Source: Actinomycetota bacterium
GTDB taxonomy: Bacteria > Actinomycetota > UBA4738 > HRBIN12
Assembly (NCBI GenBank): GCA_035701505.1
Contig: DASSSA010000054.1
Coordinates: 1 to 58,515 of the forward strand
Length of the DNA: 58,515 bases
Direction: 5' to 3'
Shown: one piece after another, positions 28,663 to 38,522 of the stretch
Position numbering within the stretch: position 1 is the stretch's first letter
Layout of the letters: each line of letters begins with the position of its first letter
The notes under the pieces: generated by a model
Seen by the model: only the letters and a program-made list of their open reading frames with translations
Database searches by the model: none
Told to the model about the DNA's origin: nothing
Translations under genes and position numbers: made by a program

Positions 28663-28710
28663 GGCTCCGAGTGTACCGGCAGCCTTGGGGCTGCTCCGCT
28701 CCCCGAAAGC

Positions 28711-30090
28711 TCAGCCCCGCTCGAAGTACCGAGTCAGCTCCCAGTCGGTCACCGTGGTGTTGTCGAAGATGACCTGCTCTTGCTGGGCCGTGTTCAGCAG
28801 GTGTTCGAAGACGAAGTCGCCGAACGCCTCCCGTGCCACCTCGCTCTTGCCGAACGCGTCGATGGCCTCGTGCAGCGACGAGGGAACCCTCGGCACGTCC
28901 TTGGCCTCGTAGGCGTTGCCCTCGAACATCGGGGGACACTCGATCTTGTTGCGGATGCCGTGGAGCCCCGCGGCGATCGTGGCCGCGTAGGCCAGGTAGG
29001 GGTTGACATCGGCGCCGGGTATCCGGTTCTCGACCCGGTAGCCCCTGCGATGGCCCACCACCCGGAACCCGCAGGTCCGGTTGTCGTGGCTCCACACGAT
29101 GGCGGTCGGCGCCCACGAGCCCAGCTGGTACCGCTTGTAGGAGTTGACGAACGGCGCGAACATCCAGGCCATCTCGCGAGCCGTCGACATCAGGCCGCCC
29201 AGGTAGTACCGGAAGGTCTCCGACATGTGGTGGGGGTCCTCCTCGTCCCACATGAGCGAGTCGGATCCGTCTTCGTTCCACAGGCTGGAGTGCACGTGGC
29301 AGGACGACCCGGCCTCGGCCATCGTCCATTTCGCCATGAACGTCAGGGCGGCGTTGTTCAGCGCGGCGATCTCCTTCGCGCCATGCTTGTACAGCGCGTG
29401 GCGATCCGCCGTCTCGAGCGCGTCCGCGTACACGAGGTTGATCTCGTGCTGGCCCTTCCCGAACTCACCCTTGGAGAACTCGACGGGCACGCCGGCATCG
29501 TTCATCCCGTTCCGGATCTGGCGGATCAGCCACTCGTCCTTGGTGGTCTGGAGCATGTGGTAGTCCATGATGTAGGTCGACGTGGGGTGCAGATCCTGGT
29601 ACCGCTTGTCGGCGGCCTCGTCGAACGACTCCTTGAACAGATAGAACTCGAGCTCCGATCCGCTCATCACCGTATAGCCGGCTTCCTTGGCCTTCTCCAC
29701 CTGGCGCTTCAGGATCTGGCGCGGTGCCACCTCGACCGGCTCGTCGGTGTCCTCGTCCGCGATGTCGCAGATCACCATGGCGGTCTTGGAGATCCACGGG
29801 ACGAGGCGGAGCGTGGTGAGGTCGGGGATCAGCTTGAAGTCGCCGTAGCCGGTCTCCCAGCTCGCGTACCGGTATCCGGGGAGCGGCTCCATCTCCATGT
29901 CGATCGCCAACAAGTACAGACAGGCGTGGAGACCTTCGTCGGCGAGCACCTCCTCCAGGAAGAAGTGCGGCAGGATGCGCTTGCCCATGTACCGGCCCTG
30001 GAGGTCGGTGAACATGCACAGGACGGTGTCGACCTCGCCTTCCTTCGCGAGCTCCTCGAGCTCCTTCACCGTCAAGGTCCCCTGGTGCAT
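28711..30090 (-). CDS. glutamine synthetase-family gamma-glutamyl-amine ligase (GlnA3/PuuA-like)
   Basis: Start ATG 30090 with GGAGG upstream. SELEFYLF, KGEFGKGQHEINL, NSYKR, ENRIPGADVNPYL. Confidence 0.85.
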   Translation of the reverse strand: MHQGTLTVKELEELAKEGEVDTVLCMFTDLQGRYMGKRILPHFFLEEVLADEGLHACLYLLAIDMEMEPLPGYRYASWETGYGDFKLIPDLTTLRLVPWISKTAMVICDIADEDTDEPVEVAPRQILKRQVEKAKEAGYTVMSGSELEFYLFKESFDEAADKRYQDLHPTSTYIMDYHMLQTTKDEWLIRQIRNGMNDAGVPVEFSKGEFGKGQHEINLVYADALETADRHALYKHGAKEIAALNNAALTFMAKWTMAEAGSSCHVHSSLWNEDGSDSLMWDEEDPHHMSETFRYYLGGLMSTAREMAWMFAPFVNSYKRYQLGSWAPTAIVWSHDNRTCGFRVVGHRRGYRVENRIPGADVNPYLAYAATIAAGLHGIRNKIECPPMFEGNAYEAKDVPRVPSSLHEAIDAFGKSEVAREAFGDFVFEHLLNTAQQEQVIFDNTTVTDWELTRYFERG

Positions 30091-30161
30091 CGGACCTCCT
30101 TCTTCGGACCGTCGAGCGCGGCGACCTGCGGCATCCGCGTGCGCCGCGTGCGCGTTCGCCG

Positions 30162-31832
30162 CTACCCGACGGCTTCCAGATCGCGCTCGATCGCCGCGAG
30201 ATCCTCGGCCGTTCCCTGGACCTTCGGGCCCTTGAACCACTTCCGCGCGGAGACGATCCACCAGATCCCGGCGAAGCCGATTACGATCCCTACAGCGATA
30301 GGTGCGTAGTTGAGCGCGTCCATCACCTTGATCCCAAGACCGCCGGGGCTGAACTGCGGCATCATCAGCATGATGCAGATGAAGACCGTCCAGACCACGG
30401 CGATCGTGCCCACGAGGTAGCTCCACTTGCCGAGGTTCCAGGGCCCCGGCTGGAAGCTGCGCCCGGCACGCAGTCGCAGGAACGTCGGGGTCACGTATGC
30501 GATGTAGAGGCCGACCACTGCGATCGAGGTCACCGCGAAGTACGCGACGGCGCTGCCCCTCCAATAGGCGGGGGCGACGAGCAGCCACGCTCCGACGACC
30601 GCAAACCAGATCGAGTTGGTGGGCGTGCGGGTTCGCTTGTTGATCTTGTGCCAGACCTCGTGCGCAGGGATCGCCCCGTCGCGCGCGAACGCGTAGATCA
30701 TCCGAGAGTTCGCGGTCACCGAGGCCATCCCGCAGAAGAACTGCGCTCCGATCACGATGAGCAGCATGAAGATCGCCCCGCCCTTCCCCACGGCGTCGAG
30801 GAAGATCTGCGCGGGCGCCGCCACGTTGGCCGTCTCCAGCTGGAACGAGAGGGCGTTGTCGTAGCCGGTGGCCCCCTGCACCGCGTACCACACGCCCAGG
30901 AGCAGGATGTAGCCGAAGATGACCGAGACGACGACAGAGCGGTAGATGCCCCGCGGGCCGGAGACGTCGGCCGCGTGGGTCTCCTCTGTCAGGTGCGCCG
31001 AGGCGTCGTACCCGGTTAGGGTGTACTGGGCCATGAGCATCCCGATGAGGAAGATGTAGATCGTTGAGCTGAAGAACCCGGTGCTGAACCCCGATCCGTT
31101 GATGAAGCCGGCCACCTCGTCGGGGCTGCTTGGGGTTTTGCTGAAGCTGAAGATTGTTGCGAACCTCGTGTGCTGGTCTGGCACGATGAACAGGATCCCG
31201 AAGATGATGAGGACGCCCGCCAGATGCCACCAGACGCTGACGTCGTTCAGGAGGGCCACGAGCCGGATCCCGAACGTGTTCATCAATCCGTGGATCGCGA
31301 GTACGGCGGTGTACGTGCCTACGAGGATCAGCTTCGTGATCTGCACGTCGAACGCGATGTTCATGAACGCGCAGACGAACGCCGCGAGACCGAAGTCGAT
31401 CCCGGCCGTCACGCCAACCTGCCCCAACAGGTTGAACCAGCCCGTGAACCACGACCAGGCCGGGCCGTTCTTGGGGGCGACCTTCGCCGACCAATAGTAG
31501 AGGCCACCGGCCGTCGGGTAGCTGGAGCAGATCTCGGCCATCGCGAGCGAGACGAACGTCACCAGGATTCCCACCAGCGGCCAGCCGTAGGCGGCGCTGG
31601 CCGGCCCGCCGATCACCATGCCGTACCCGAACAACGTGAGGCAGCCGGAAAGGATCGAGATGATCGTGAACGAGATGGCGAAGTTCGAGAACGCTCCCAT
31701 CCCCCGCCTGAGCTCCTGAGCGTAGCCCAGCTCGTGGAGGCGTTGAACGTCGACAGAGCGTGCCGTTCCGGTTAAGGGCGGGCCCCCCCCACTACCGATT
31801 GAAGGCTGGCCGCCCCCTGGTGCGTCGTCCAT
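30162..31832 (-). CDS. APC-superfamily amino acid/polyamine permease
   Basis: About 12 TM segments. AEICSSYPTAGGLYYWS. Start ATG 31832 with GAGGGGGG upstream; 31901 is an alternative. Confidence 0.85.
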   Translation of the reverse strand: MDDAPGGGQPSIGSGGGPPLTGTARSVDVQRLHELGYAQELRRGMGAFSNFAISFTIISILSGCLTLFGYGMVIGGPASAAYGWPLVGILVTFVSLAMAEICSSYPTAGGLYYWSAKVAPKNGPAWSWFTGWFNLLGQVGVTAGIDFGLAAFVCAFMNIAFDVQITKLILVGTYTAVLAIHGLMNTFGIRLVALLNDVSVWWHLAGVLIIFGILFIVPDQHTRFATIFSFSKTPSSPDEVAGFINGSGFSTGFFSSTIYIFLIGMLMAQYTLTGYDASAHLTEETHAADVSGPRGIYRSVVVSVIFGYILLLGVWYAVQGATGYDNALSFQLETANVAAPAQIFLDAVGKGGAIFMLLIVIGAQFFCGMASVTANSRMIYAFARDGAIPAHEVWHKINKRTRTPTNSIWFAVVGAWLLVAPAYWRGSAVAYFAVTSIAVVGLYIAYVTPTFLRLRAGRSFQPGPWNLGKWSYLVGTIAVVWTVFICIMLMMPQFSPGGLGIKVMDALNYAPIAVGIVIGFAGIWWIVSARKWFKGPKVQGTAEDLAAIERDLEAVG

Positions 31833-31978
31833 CGCTAACCCCCCCTCTGGTGCCGTGGAAGAGCTGTGCGTATTAGGGACCGTGGGGTTCGTCCCCGTCA
31901 AGTCGGCGCTCCGTGGATCGGGTTCCGATGGGGCACGGACTCCGAGCTAGACCTAGACTCGGCCCGGAGGTGACGGGG

Positions 31979-32737
31979 ATGGGTGATCGTGTCGCAGGGA
32001 ACGTCTGCATCGTGACCGGTGCCGCGTCGGGGATCGGGCGGGCCACGGCTCTTCGACTGGCGGAGGAGGGGGCGCTCGTGACCTGCGTGGATCGGAACGG
32101 GGACGGGGTGCGAAACACGGCCGAGACAATTGGCGAGGCTGCCGTGGCCGTGGTCGCCGATGTCGCTGACGATCCCCAGGTCCGTGCGTACACGGACGAC
32201 ACGGTCAAGAGGTGGGGGAGACTCGACGTGGCGTTCAACAATGCCGGTGTGAACCTTCCCACGGTCTTCCATGAGGCCCCCGACGAGCTGATCGACCAGA
32301 CGATCGCTATCAACCTGAAGGGGGTGATCTACGGGTGCCGGGCCGCCATCCCCCACATGCTCCGGCAGGGCGGCGGGTCGATCATCAACACGGGCTCGGT
32401 GAACTCCCTGGTGTCCGAGCCCTATCTGTCCATCTACGCCGCGACCAAGGGGGCGATCCTGATGCTGTCGAAGTCGATCGCCCTCGACTACGCGAAGCAG
32501 GGGATCCGATGCAACTGCCTGTGTCCCGGCTGGGTGGACACCCCGGTGAACTACGCACACGCCGAGATGCTCGGTGGGATCGAGAAGGTCTACGCGACGA
32601 TCGACAGCTTCCAGCCGATCGGTCGGCCCGGCGAACCTCGCGAGATCGCGAACGTGGTGCTGTTCCTCGCGAGCGACGAGTCCTCGTTCGTCACGGGTTC
32701 GGCCGTCGTCGCGGACGGCGCGATGACGGCCCAGTAG
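31979..32737 (+). CDS. SDR-family oxidoreductase
   Basis: TGAASGIGRA, NNAGV, and YxxxK in YAATKGA. GGAGG sits 8 nt upstream of ATG 31979. Confidence 0.85.
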   Translation: MGDRVAGNVCIVTGAASGIGRATALRLAEEGALVTCVDRNGDGVRNTAETIGEAAVAVVADVADDPQVRAYTDDTVKRWGRLDVAFNNAGVNLPTVFHEAPDELIDQTIAINLKGVIYGCRAAIPHMLRQGGGSIINTGSVNSLVSEPYLSIYAATKGAILMLSKSIALDYAKQGIRCNCLCPGWVDTPVNYAHAEMLGGIEKVYATIDSFQPIGRPGEPREIANVVLFLASDESSFVTGSAVVADGAMTAQ

Positions 32738-32752
32738 CGGTACGCTCGGGCT

Positions 32753-33106
32753 GTGGAGATCATCGCGAGCCACGAGGCGCTCGAGTTCGTTCGCGGGGCC
32801 AGCGGCCGGCTGTGGGTCTGGCTGGATCCGCACGGGGGCCTCGGGTCTCCCTACATCTACCTGATGACGGCTACCGAGCCGCCGGGCGCGACAAAGGCGA
32901 CGCGACGGTTGCGGAGCGCACGCCGCCCCCACCGGTTCCGGACCTACCTCGTACAGGACGTGGAGATCCTCCTCGATGCCGGCCGCCTGGAGCCGCCGCA
33001 GGAGCTCCACCTTGAACTCAAGCGTTTCCCGAGGCGACGCGTCGACGCGTTCTGGAACGGCGCGATCTTCGCGGGCGAGGACATCCCGCCCCCCGACCAG
33101 TGGTGA
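32753..33106 (+). CDS. hypothetical protein
   Basis: 117-aa ORF, 15 nt downstream of the SDR, with strongly G/C third positions. No family recognised. Confidence 0.45.
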   Translation: MEIIASHEALEFVRGASGRLWVWLDPHGGLGSPYIYLMTATEPPGATKATRRLRSARRPHRFRTYLVQDVEILLDAGRLEPPQELHLELKRFPRRRVDAFWNGAIFAGEDIPPPDQW

Positions 33107-33109
33107 GGC

Positions 33110-33889
33110 TCATTCCTCCGGGGTCACGTACGCGGCGGTGATGCCGCCGTCGACGACGAGTGCGGTGCCGGTCATCAAGGACGATTCGTCGGACGCGAGC
33201 CACAGCGCGGCGTTCGCGATCTCTTGGGCATGGCCGAATCGGCCGATCGGGATGTGGACGAGCCGTCGCGCTCGGCGGGCGGGATCGGCCAGCAGCTCCG
33301 CGAGGAGCGGCGTCTCGATCGGGCCCGGACAGATCGCGTTCACGCGGATGCCCCGGCGGGCGAATTCGACCGCGATCTCGCGGGTCATCGACAGCACCCC
33401 GCCCTTCGAGGCTGTGTACGCGATCTGGGGCGTGGCCGCACCGACTAGCGCGACGAACGACGCGACGTTGATCATTGACCCGCCGCCGGAGTCCAGCATC
33501 GCCGGGATCCCGAACTTGCACCCGAGGAAGACGCCCTTCAGGTTGATCGCGAGGGTCTTGTCCCAGACGTCCTCGGGCGTGTTCGTCACCGAGTCGTCCT
33601 GCGGGTGGAAGATCCCTGCGTTGTTCATCATCACGTGGAGCCCGCCGAAGGTGTCGACGGCGAAGCGGACCATCGCCTCGGCCTCGCCGGCGTTCGAGAC
33701 GTCAGCGTGCTGGTACGCGGCTTCCCCGCCCTCGCCGTGGATCTCGTCGGTCACCCTTTCCCCGGCGTCATCGACCACGTCGGAGACGACGACCTTCGCG
33801 CCCTCCTTCGCGAAGAGCTTGGCAGAGAGCATGCCGATTCCGCTCCCGGATCCCGTGACGATCGCGACCTTCCCGTCGAGCCGCTCCAC
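33110..33889 (-). CDS. SDR-family oxidoreductase
   Basis: TGSGSGIG, NNAGI, YTASKGG. GTG start with AAGGAGG 5 nt upstream. Confidence 0.85.
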   Translation of the reverse strand: MERLDGKVAIVTGSGSGIGMLSAKLFAKEGAKVVVSDVVDDAGERVTDEIHGEGGEAAYQHADVSNAGEAEAMVRFAVDTFGGLHVMMNNAGIFHPQDDSVTNTPEDVWDKTLAINLKGVFLGCKFGIPAMLDSGGGSMINVASFVALVGAATPQIAYTASKGGVLSMTREIAVEFARRGIRVNAICPGPIETPLLAELLADPARRARRLVHIPIGRFGHAQEIANAALWLASDESSLMTGTALVVDGGITAAYVTPEE

Positions 33890-34288
33890 TTCATCCTCCT
33901 TCGTTCCTCCAAGACCTCGGGTTGACGTGGGTCGGCGGTCCCGGCCCTCGATCCCCGCGAAAGTCTTCGGCGGCGAGCATACCCATGGCGGTGCGCGTTT
34001 CGACCCGTCGCGCCCGGAGCGCCGCCATGATGTTCGACAGGAGCGTCCGGGTCACGAGCAGCGCGGGTCGGTCGATGACGGGAGGGCTCTCTGCATGCGG
34101 CGAGGCTGGGGAACGGAGCGCGGGCCGGTCAAGTCGCACGGGGCGAGGGGGGATGCGCGGCCGCATCCCCGCTTGCCCGAACTGCGACTCGTCCCTGCGT
34201 GAAGGCCATCTCTTCACTGATCGACCGAGGCGGCCGCTTCCGGATACGCTCTGCCTCGGCTGTCGATGCTCAGAGAGTGAGGGCGACC

Positions 34289-35773
34289 GTGACCGGCGAC
34301 GACCGCGACCGCCTGGACGACACGGTCGAGAAAATCGCGTCCTTCATCGGTCATCGGCCGCCCTTCGACGCACTCGACGCCGAAACCCTGCGGAGTATCG
34401 CACGAGCGACGATCACCCGCTTCTACGCGCGTGACGCCACCATCATCGAGCAGGGCGGAGACCCGGCCAAGTTCCTCTACGTGGTCCGAAACGGCAGCGT
34501 CCAGATCCGCAACGAGGGGACGGTCGTGGACGTTCCAGGTGAGGGCGAGGTCTTCGGGGAGCTGTCGCTCCTGACCGGGCTCGAGCCCACGGCGTCCGTG
34601 GTGGCACACGAGGACACGACCTGCTACCTGATCGACGCCGGAGTCGCCCGCGACATCCTCGGCTCGCCCCTGGGTGCGGCCTTCGTACAGGCGAGTCTGA
34701 AACGCGTATTCGTCAACGCGTTCGAGCACCGAAGCTCCTCGGGGATCAGGACGGCGATCCACAGGGCAACGGACACCGATGCCGCCGTCTCCGCGGCGCG
34801 CGAGCTGCCCGAGGCCGTGAGCGCACTGGTCGAGGCTGGGGCCGACGCGATCGAGGTCGGCCGCGTCGTCGGAACCACGATCGACTCCCTTACCCAGAAG
34901 CTGCTCGAGCTCGCGCTCGAAGACCTCGGCGAGGCGCCCGTCCCGTGGGCCTGGCTCGCGCTCGGAAGCGAGGCACGCCTCGAGCAGGCCCTCAGGACGG
35001 ACCAGGACCACGCCCTTGCCTATGATCCGCTGAACTGGTCGACGGAGGAGATCGATCCGTTCTTCGGCTCCCTCGCGGAGCAGGTCACCCTCGGGCTCGA
35101 GGCGGCCGGCATCCCCAGATGCAGGGGCGACGCCATGGCCATCACGCGAGGGCTTCGCCGCTCTGTGGAGGGCTGGCGTGAGGCCTACCGGGGCTGGATG
35201 AGCGACCCTGGAGTCGAGGGAAGCATCCTTACGTCGATCACCTTCGACTTCCGGCGCATCGCTGGGCCGCTCGACGTTGAGCCCGCGCTCGAGGCGGTCA
35301 TATCCACCGCACGCACGACGTACCCGCAGTTCCTGCGTCATCTGGCGCATCGTGCCTTAGACCAGCATCCACCGACCGGTTTCTTCCGGGACTTCGTCGT
35401 GGCCGACAAGGGCGAGCACGCCGGCAGGTTCGACATCAAACACGGTGGGGTCACGATCGTTGCCAATCTGGCTCGGGTCTTCTCGACCCGTGAGGGAAGG
35501 ACCGAGAAGCGGACGCTCGACCGCCTCCGCGCCGCCGAGGAGACGGGTCAGATCAACGGGCAGCGACGTGAGGCACTCGAGGAGGCGTTGCGGCTGCTCT
35601 GGCAGACGAGGCTCGAGCACCAGGCTGCGCAGGTTCGAGCCGGGGCCGAGCCCGACGACTTCGTCGATCCCAAGACGCTCGGACCCATCACACGCCTCGG
35701 CCTGAAGGAGGCCTTCAAGATCATCGCCGGTGAACAGAAGTGGCTCGCCGCGGATCTCGGCGTCCGATACTGA
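34289..35773 (+). CDS. cyclic-nucleotide-binding domain + DUF294-type nucleotidyltransferase protein
   Basis: cNMP-binding core GEVFGELSLLTGLEPTASVVA. NTase motif LALGSEARLEQALRTDQDHAL. DUF294_C-like tail. Start set at GTG 34289 (GAGGG upstream); the track start 34199 has poor third-position bias. Confidence 0.7.
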   Translation: MTGDDRDRLDDTVEKIASFIGHRPPFDALDAETLRSIARATITRFYARDATIIEQGGDPAKFLYVVRNGSVQIRNEGTVVDVPGEGEVFGELSLLTGLEPTASVVAHEDTTCYLIDAGVARDILGSPLGAAFVQASLKRVFVNAFEHRSSSGIRTAIHRATDTDAAVSAARELPEAVSALVEAGADAIEVGRVVGTTIDSLTQKLLELALEDLGEAPVPWAWLALGSEARLEQALRTDQDHALAYDPLNWSTEEIDPFFGSLAEQVTLGLEAAGIPRCRGDAMAITRGLRRSVEGWREAYRGWMSDPGVEGSILTSITFDFRRIAGPLDVEPALEAVISTARTTYPQFLRHLAHRALDQHPPTGFFRDFVVADKGEHAGRFDIKHGGVTIVANLARVFSTREGRTEKRTLDRLRAAEETGQINGQRREALEEALRLLWQTRLEHQAAQVRAGAEPDDFVDPKTLGPITRLGLKEAFKIIAGEQKWLAADLGVRY

Positions 35774-36021
35774 ACGTAGTCCAAACACGGCAGTCGAACG
35801 CCACCCGATAGGTTCTCGCGCGGGTTCGTGGACGGAATGCATGGGGTCTGTGCAGCGGCTCGACGCGCTTCGCGCACTCTTGACGGGACGCCCTCCAAAC
35901 TCGGCGCGGCTGTCAAAGGCTCGTTGACCATGGCGCTTTGGTGGTGTTGGTCCCGGCGACGTCTCCGACGACGATGGGTGTGCGGCGTGTCGTGACCGAG
36001 CCGCCGCCTCGCTCGGCGGTC

Positions 36022-36312
<291 letters not shown>

Positions 36313-36435
36313 TCACCGCCGGCCTCGCCGACGCCGGTCCGCGAATGCCTATCATCGACCACCGGCCGGCGGGCGAGGAACGGATCCCGCCAACGGAAGG
36401 GAGACCAGGCCGCCGATTGGTAGATTCGGCGTTCG

Positions 36436-36972
36436 ATGGACCTTCCCGAGGAGCTGGCCAGCCGGCCACCGCGAAAGACCGGTCAGGAGCCGACGGCGAC
36501 CATCACGCTCGAGGCATATGGGCGCCTGAGGGCCGAGCTGGACGAGCTGACATCGACCGGCCGCTCACGCATGGCCGAACGGCTGAAGGCGGCGCGTGAA
36601 CTCGGCGACATCCGCGAGAACGCCGAGTACGACTCGGCCAAGAACGAGCAGGCCCTCATGGAGTCGCGGATCAGGAGCCTGGAGCGGATGCTGCGTGATC
36701 CGGAGATCATCGAGGCGCCGTCGATCTCCGACGTCGTGGCGCCCGGGATGCTCGTGACCGTCAGGCCGCTGGACGACGAGGATCCCGACGACGAGACGTA
36801 CCTGCTGGCCGAGTCGGCGGAGGAGCGGGCGGCCGGAGTCCGGACCATCACCACCACGTCGCCGCTCGGCCAGGCCCTCATGGGCGCCCGCACGGAAGAA
36901 CAGGTCTCGTACGAGGCGCCGGGCGGCACCTTCCGCTGCGTGGTTGTGAGCTTTCGGCCGAACGGTGCCTAG
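36436..36972 (+). CDS. greA: transcription elongation factor GreA
   Basis: LEAYGRLRAELDEL..., RENAEYDSAKNEQALMESRIRSLERML, and the C-terminal domain SPLGQALMGA. Confidence 0.85.
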   Translation: MDLPEELASRPPRKTGQEPTATITLEAYGRLRAELDELTSTGRSRMAERLKAARELGDIRENAEYDSAKNEQALMESRIRSLERMLRDPEIIEAPSISDVVAPGMLVTVRPLDDEDPDDETYLLAESAEERAAGVRTITTTSPLGQALMGARTEEQVSYEAPGGTFRCVVVSFRPNGA

Positions 36973-37013
36973 CTTCGCCGCGGCTTCCCTGGAGGGGTAG
37001 CCTCCCCTACAGG

Positions 37014-37694
37014 ATGAGCGAGTCGCCCGGGACCGAGCCCCAGGCGCCCGCGCCCCGCGTGCGGGACATGCCAGCCCCACGGAAAACCGCGGGTGTGTTC
37101 GGTCCCGCCATGCGGTTCGTCTTCATCTGGCCCTACCGGGCCATCCTGGCCGGGCTGTACCGAGCCGGGGTGCGTCCCTGGCAGCTGACGGTTGCGTCGC
37201 TCGTGGCGAACGTCGTGGTCGGCTGGCTCCTGCTCACCGGGCGCCGATTCCTGCCGGGCGCGCTGCTCATCCCCGCGGGGTTGTTCGACGTCTTCGACGG
37301 GGCGGTGGCCCGGCTGCGAGGGGAGGACCGGCGGGCGGGCGCGTTCCTGGACTCGGTGCTCGACCGGATCGGCGACATGGTCCTGTTCGGGTGCCTGTAC
37401 TGGTCCGAACAGGGCCAGCGACACGTTCTCGCCGCGGCCCTGGCGCTCGTCACGCTGGTCACGGCCCTGACGGTGAGCCACGTGCGCGCGGAGGCGGAGG
37501 CTGCGGGGATCCAGCTCTCCAAGGGGTTCTTCCAGCGGCTGGAGCGGTACGTGGCCATGACGGTCGGACTCATGGTGCCGAGAGCCCTGGTCCCCATGCT
37601 CGTGGTGCTCGTGGTGTTGGGAGGTGCCACGTTGTTGCAGCGGGGGTGGTCGGCGCTCCGCCGGCTGTCACGTCCCACCCAGGATCAGCGCTGA
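37014..37694 (+). CDS. CDP-alcohol phosphatidyltransferase family protein
   Basis: Signature DGAVARLRGEDRRAGAFLDSVLDRIGD, which fits DG(x2)AR(x8)G(x3)D(x3)D. Confidence 0.8.
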   Translation: MSESPGTEPQAPAPRVRDMPAPRKTAGVFGPAMRFVFIWPYRAILAGLYRAGVRPWQLTVASLVANVVVGWLLLTGRRFLPGALLIPAGLFDVFDGAVARLRGEDRRAGAFLDSVLDRIGDMVLFGCLYWSEQGQRHVLAAALALVTLVTALTVSHVRAEAEAAGIQLSKGFFQRLERYVAMTVGLMVPRALVPMLVVLVVLGGATLLQRGWSALRRLSRPTQDQR

Positions 37695-38464
37695 CAGGAT
37701 GGGCAGAAGTAGGTCGTCCGCCCCGCCACCACGGTTCGTGAGAGTTCCGACCGGCACCGGGGGCACCTGGCCCCAGAACGCCCCCGGACCCGGCTGAGCC
37801 AGCCCCGCCGGGTCTCCAGGTAGTCGACGTCCTCCACGGCGGCGCCGAGGACCCGCCGCATCGTTCGGAACAGACGAACGCGGTCGGTCGCGTCGAAGTC
37901 CTCGACCCGCCGACGGGGGTGGATCCTGGCCTGCCACAGGATCTCGTCGGCCACGAGGTTTCCGATCCCGGCCACGAGCCGTTGGTCCATCAGGAGGGCC
38001 TTGACGGCTCCCCGTCGGCGCGAGAGCGATCCCAGGAACTCATCGCGCTCGACGGTGAGCGCGTCGGGGCCGAGGCTGCCCAGCAGGACCTTCAGCTCGT
38101 CGTCGTCACTGGCCAGCCACACCCCTCCGAGACGCCGCATGTTCCGGTAGCGGAGCTCGCCCTCGTCGAACACGAGGACCAGCCGATCGTGTCGATGCCG
38201 ATCGGGCTCGTCGCCCGACCACACGAGGTCTCCGGTCATGCCGAAGTGGAACAGGAGGGTTGGGCCCGCAGCCGGGCACACGAGCCACTTCCCATGTCGC
38301 CCGGGCACCTCAAATCGATGGCCGGTCAGCAGGCGGCCGACATCCTCCGGAGCCTCGTTCCTCACGATGGCCGGGTCGAGGACGTCCACGGCCCGCACGA
38401 TCCGGCCCGTCGCCTGCTGGGCGAAGAAGCGGCGGTACGCCTCGACCTCGGGAAGTTCGGGCAC
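37685..38464 (-). CDS. Fpg/Nei-family DNA glycosylase/AP lyase
   Basis: GTG 38464 followed by PELPEVEAY. The motif is GIGNLVADEILW and the C-terminal zinc finger is CPRC...CPSC. Confidence 0.8.
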   Translation of the reverse strand: MPELPEVEAYRRFFAQQATGRIVRAVDVLDPAIVRNEAPEDVGRLLTGHRFEVPGRHGKWLVCPAAGPTLLFHFGMTGDLVWSGDEPDRHRHDRLVLVFDEGELRYRNMRRLGGVWLASDDDELKVLLGSLGPDALTVERDEFLGSLSRRRGAVKALLMDQRLVAGIGNLVADEILWQARIHPRRRVEDFDATDRVRLFRTMRRVLGAAVEDVDYLETRRGWLSRVRGRSGARCPRCRSELSRTVVAGRTTYFCPSCQR

Positions 38465-38522
38465 GGCGGTAGTGTTACCGAAAGGTTCGCCGACGTCCGC
38501 CGAAGGTTCGAAGAAAGAGGCC

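Noticed and set aside
27016-30309. 1097-aa plus-strand ORF, the longest in the track
   Set aside because: It is entirely antisense to four minus-strand genes with unmistakable catalytic motifs (C45, PuuD-like, GATase, GS-like). Its translation is dominated by R/G/P/V/H/E/D with no domain signature.
30091-31494. Upstream part of the 927-aa minus ORF 28711-31494; the same applies to 26067-26816 of the 521-aa ORF
   Set aside because: These are same-strand but out-of-frame read-throughs into the preceding gene (the APC permease and the C45 peptidase respectively). The true starts are supported by SD sequences or stop/start overlaps.
31947-31958. Tandem CTAGAC CTAGAC just upstream of the SDR gene. 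CTAG is rare in this sequence, and CTAGACCCCG also occurs at 1815 and 44070
   Set aside because: There are only two 6-mers with no dyad symmetry. It could contain a TAGACT -10-like hexamer, but I cannot support a binding-site claim.
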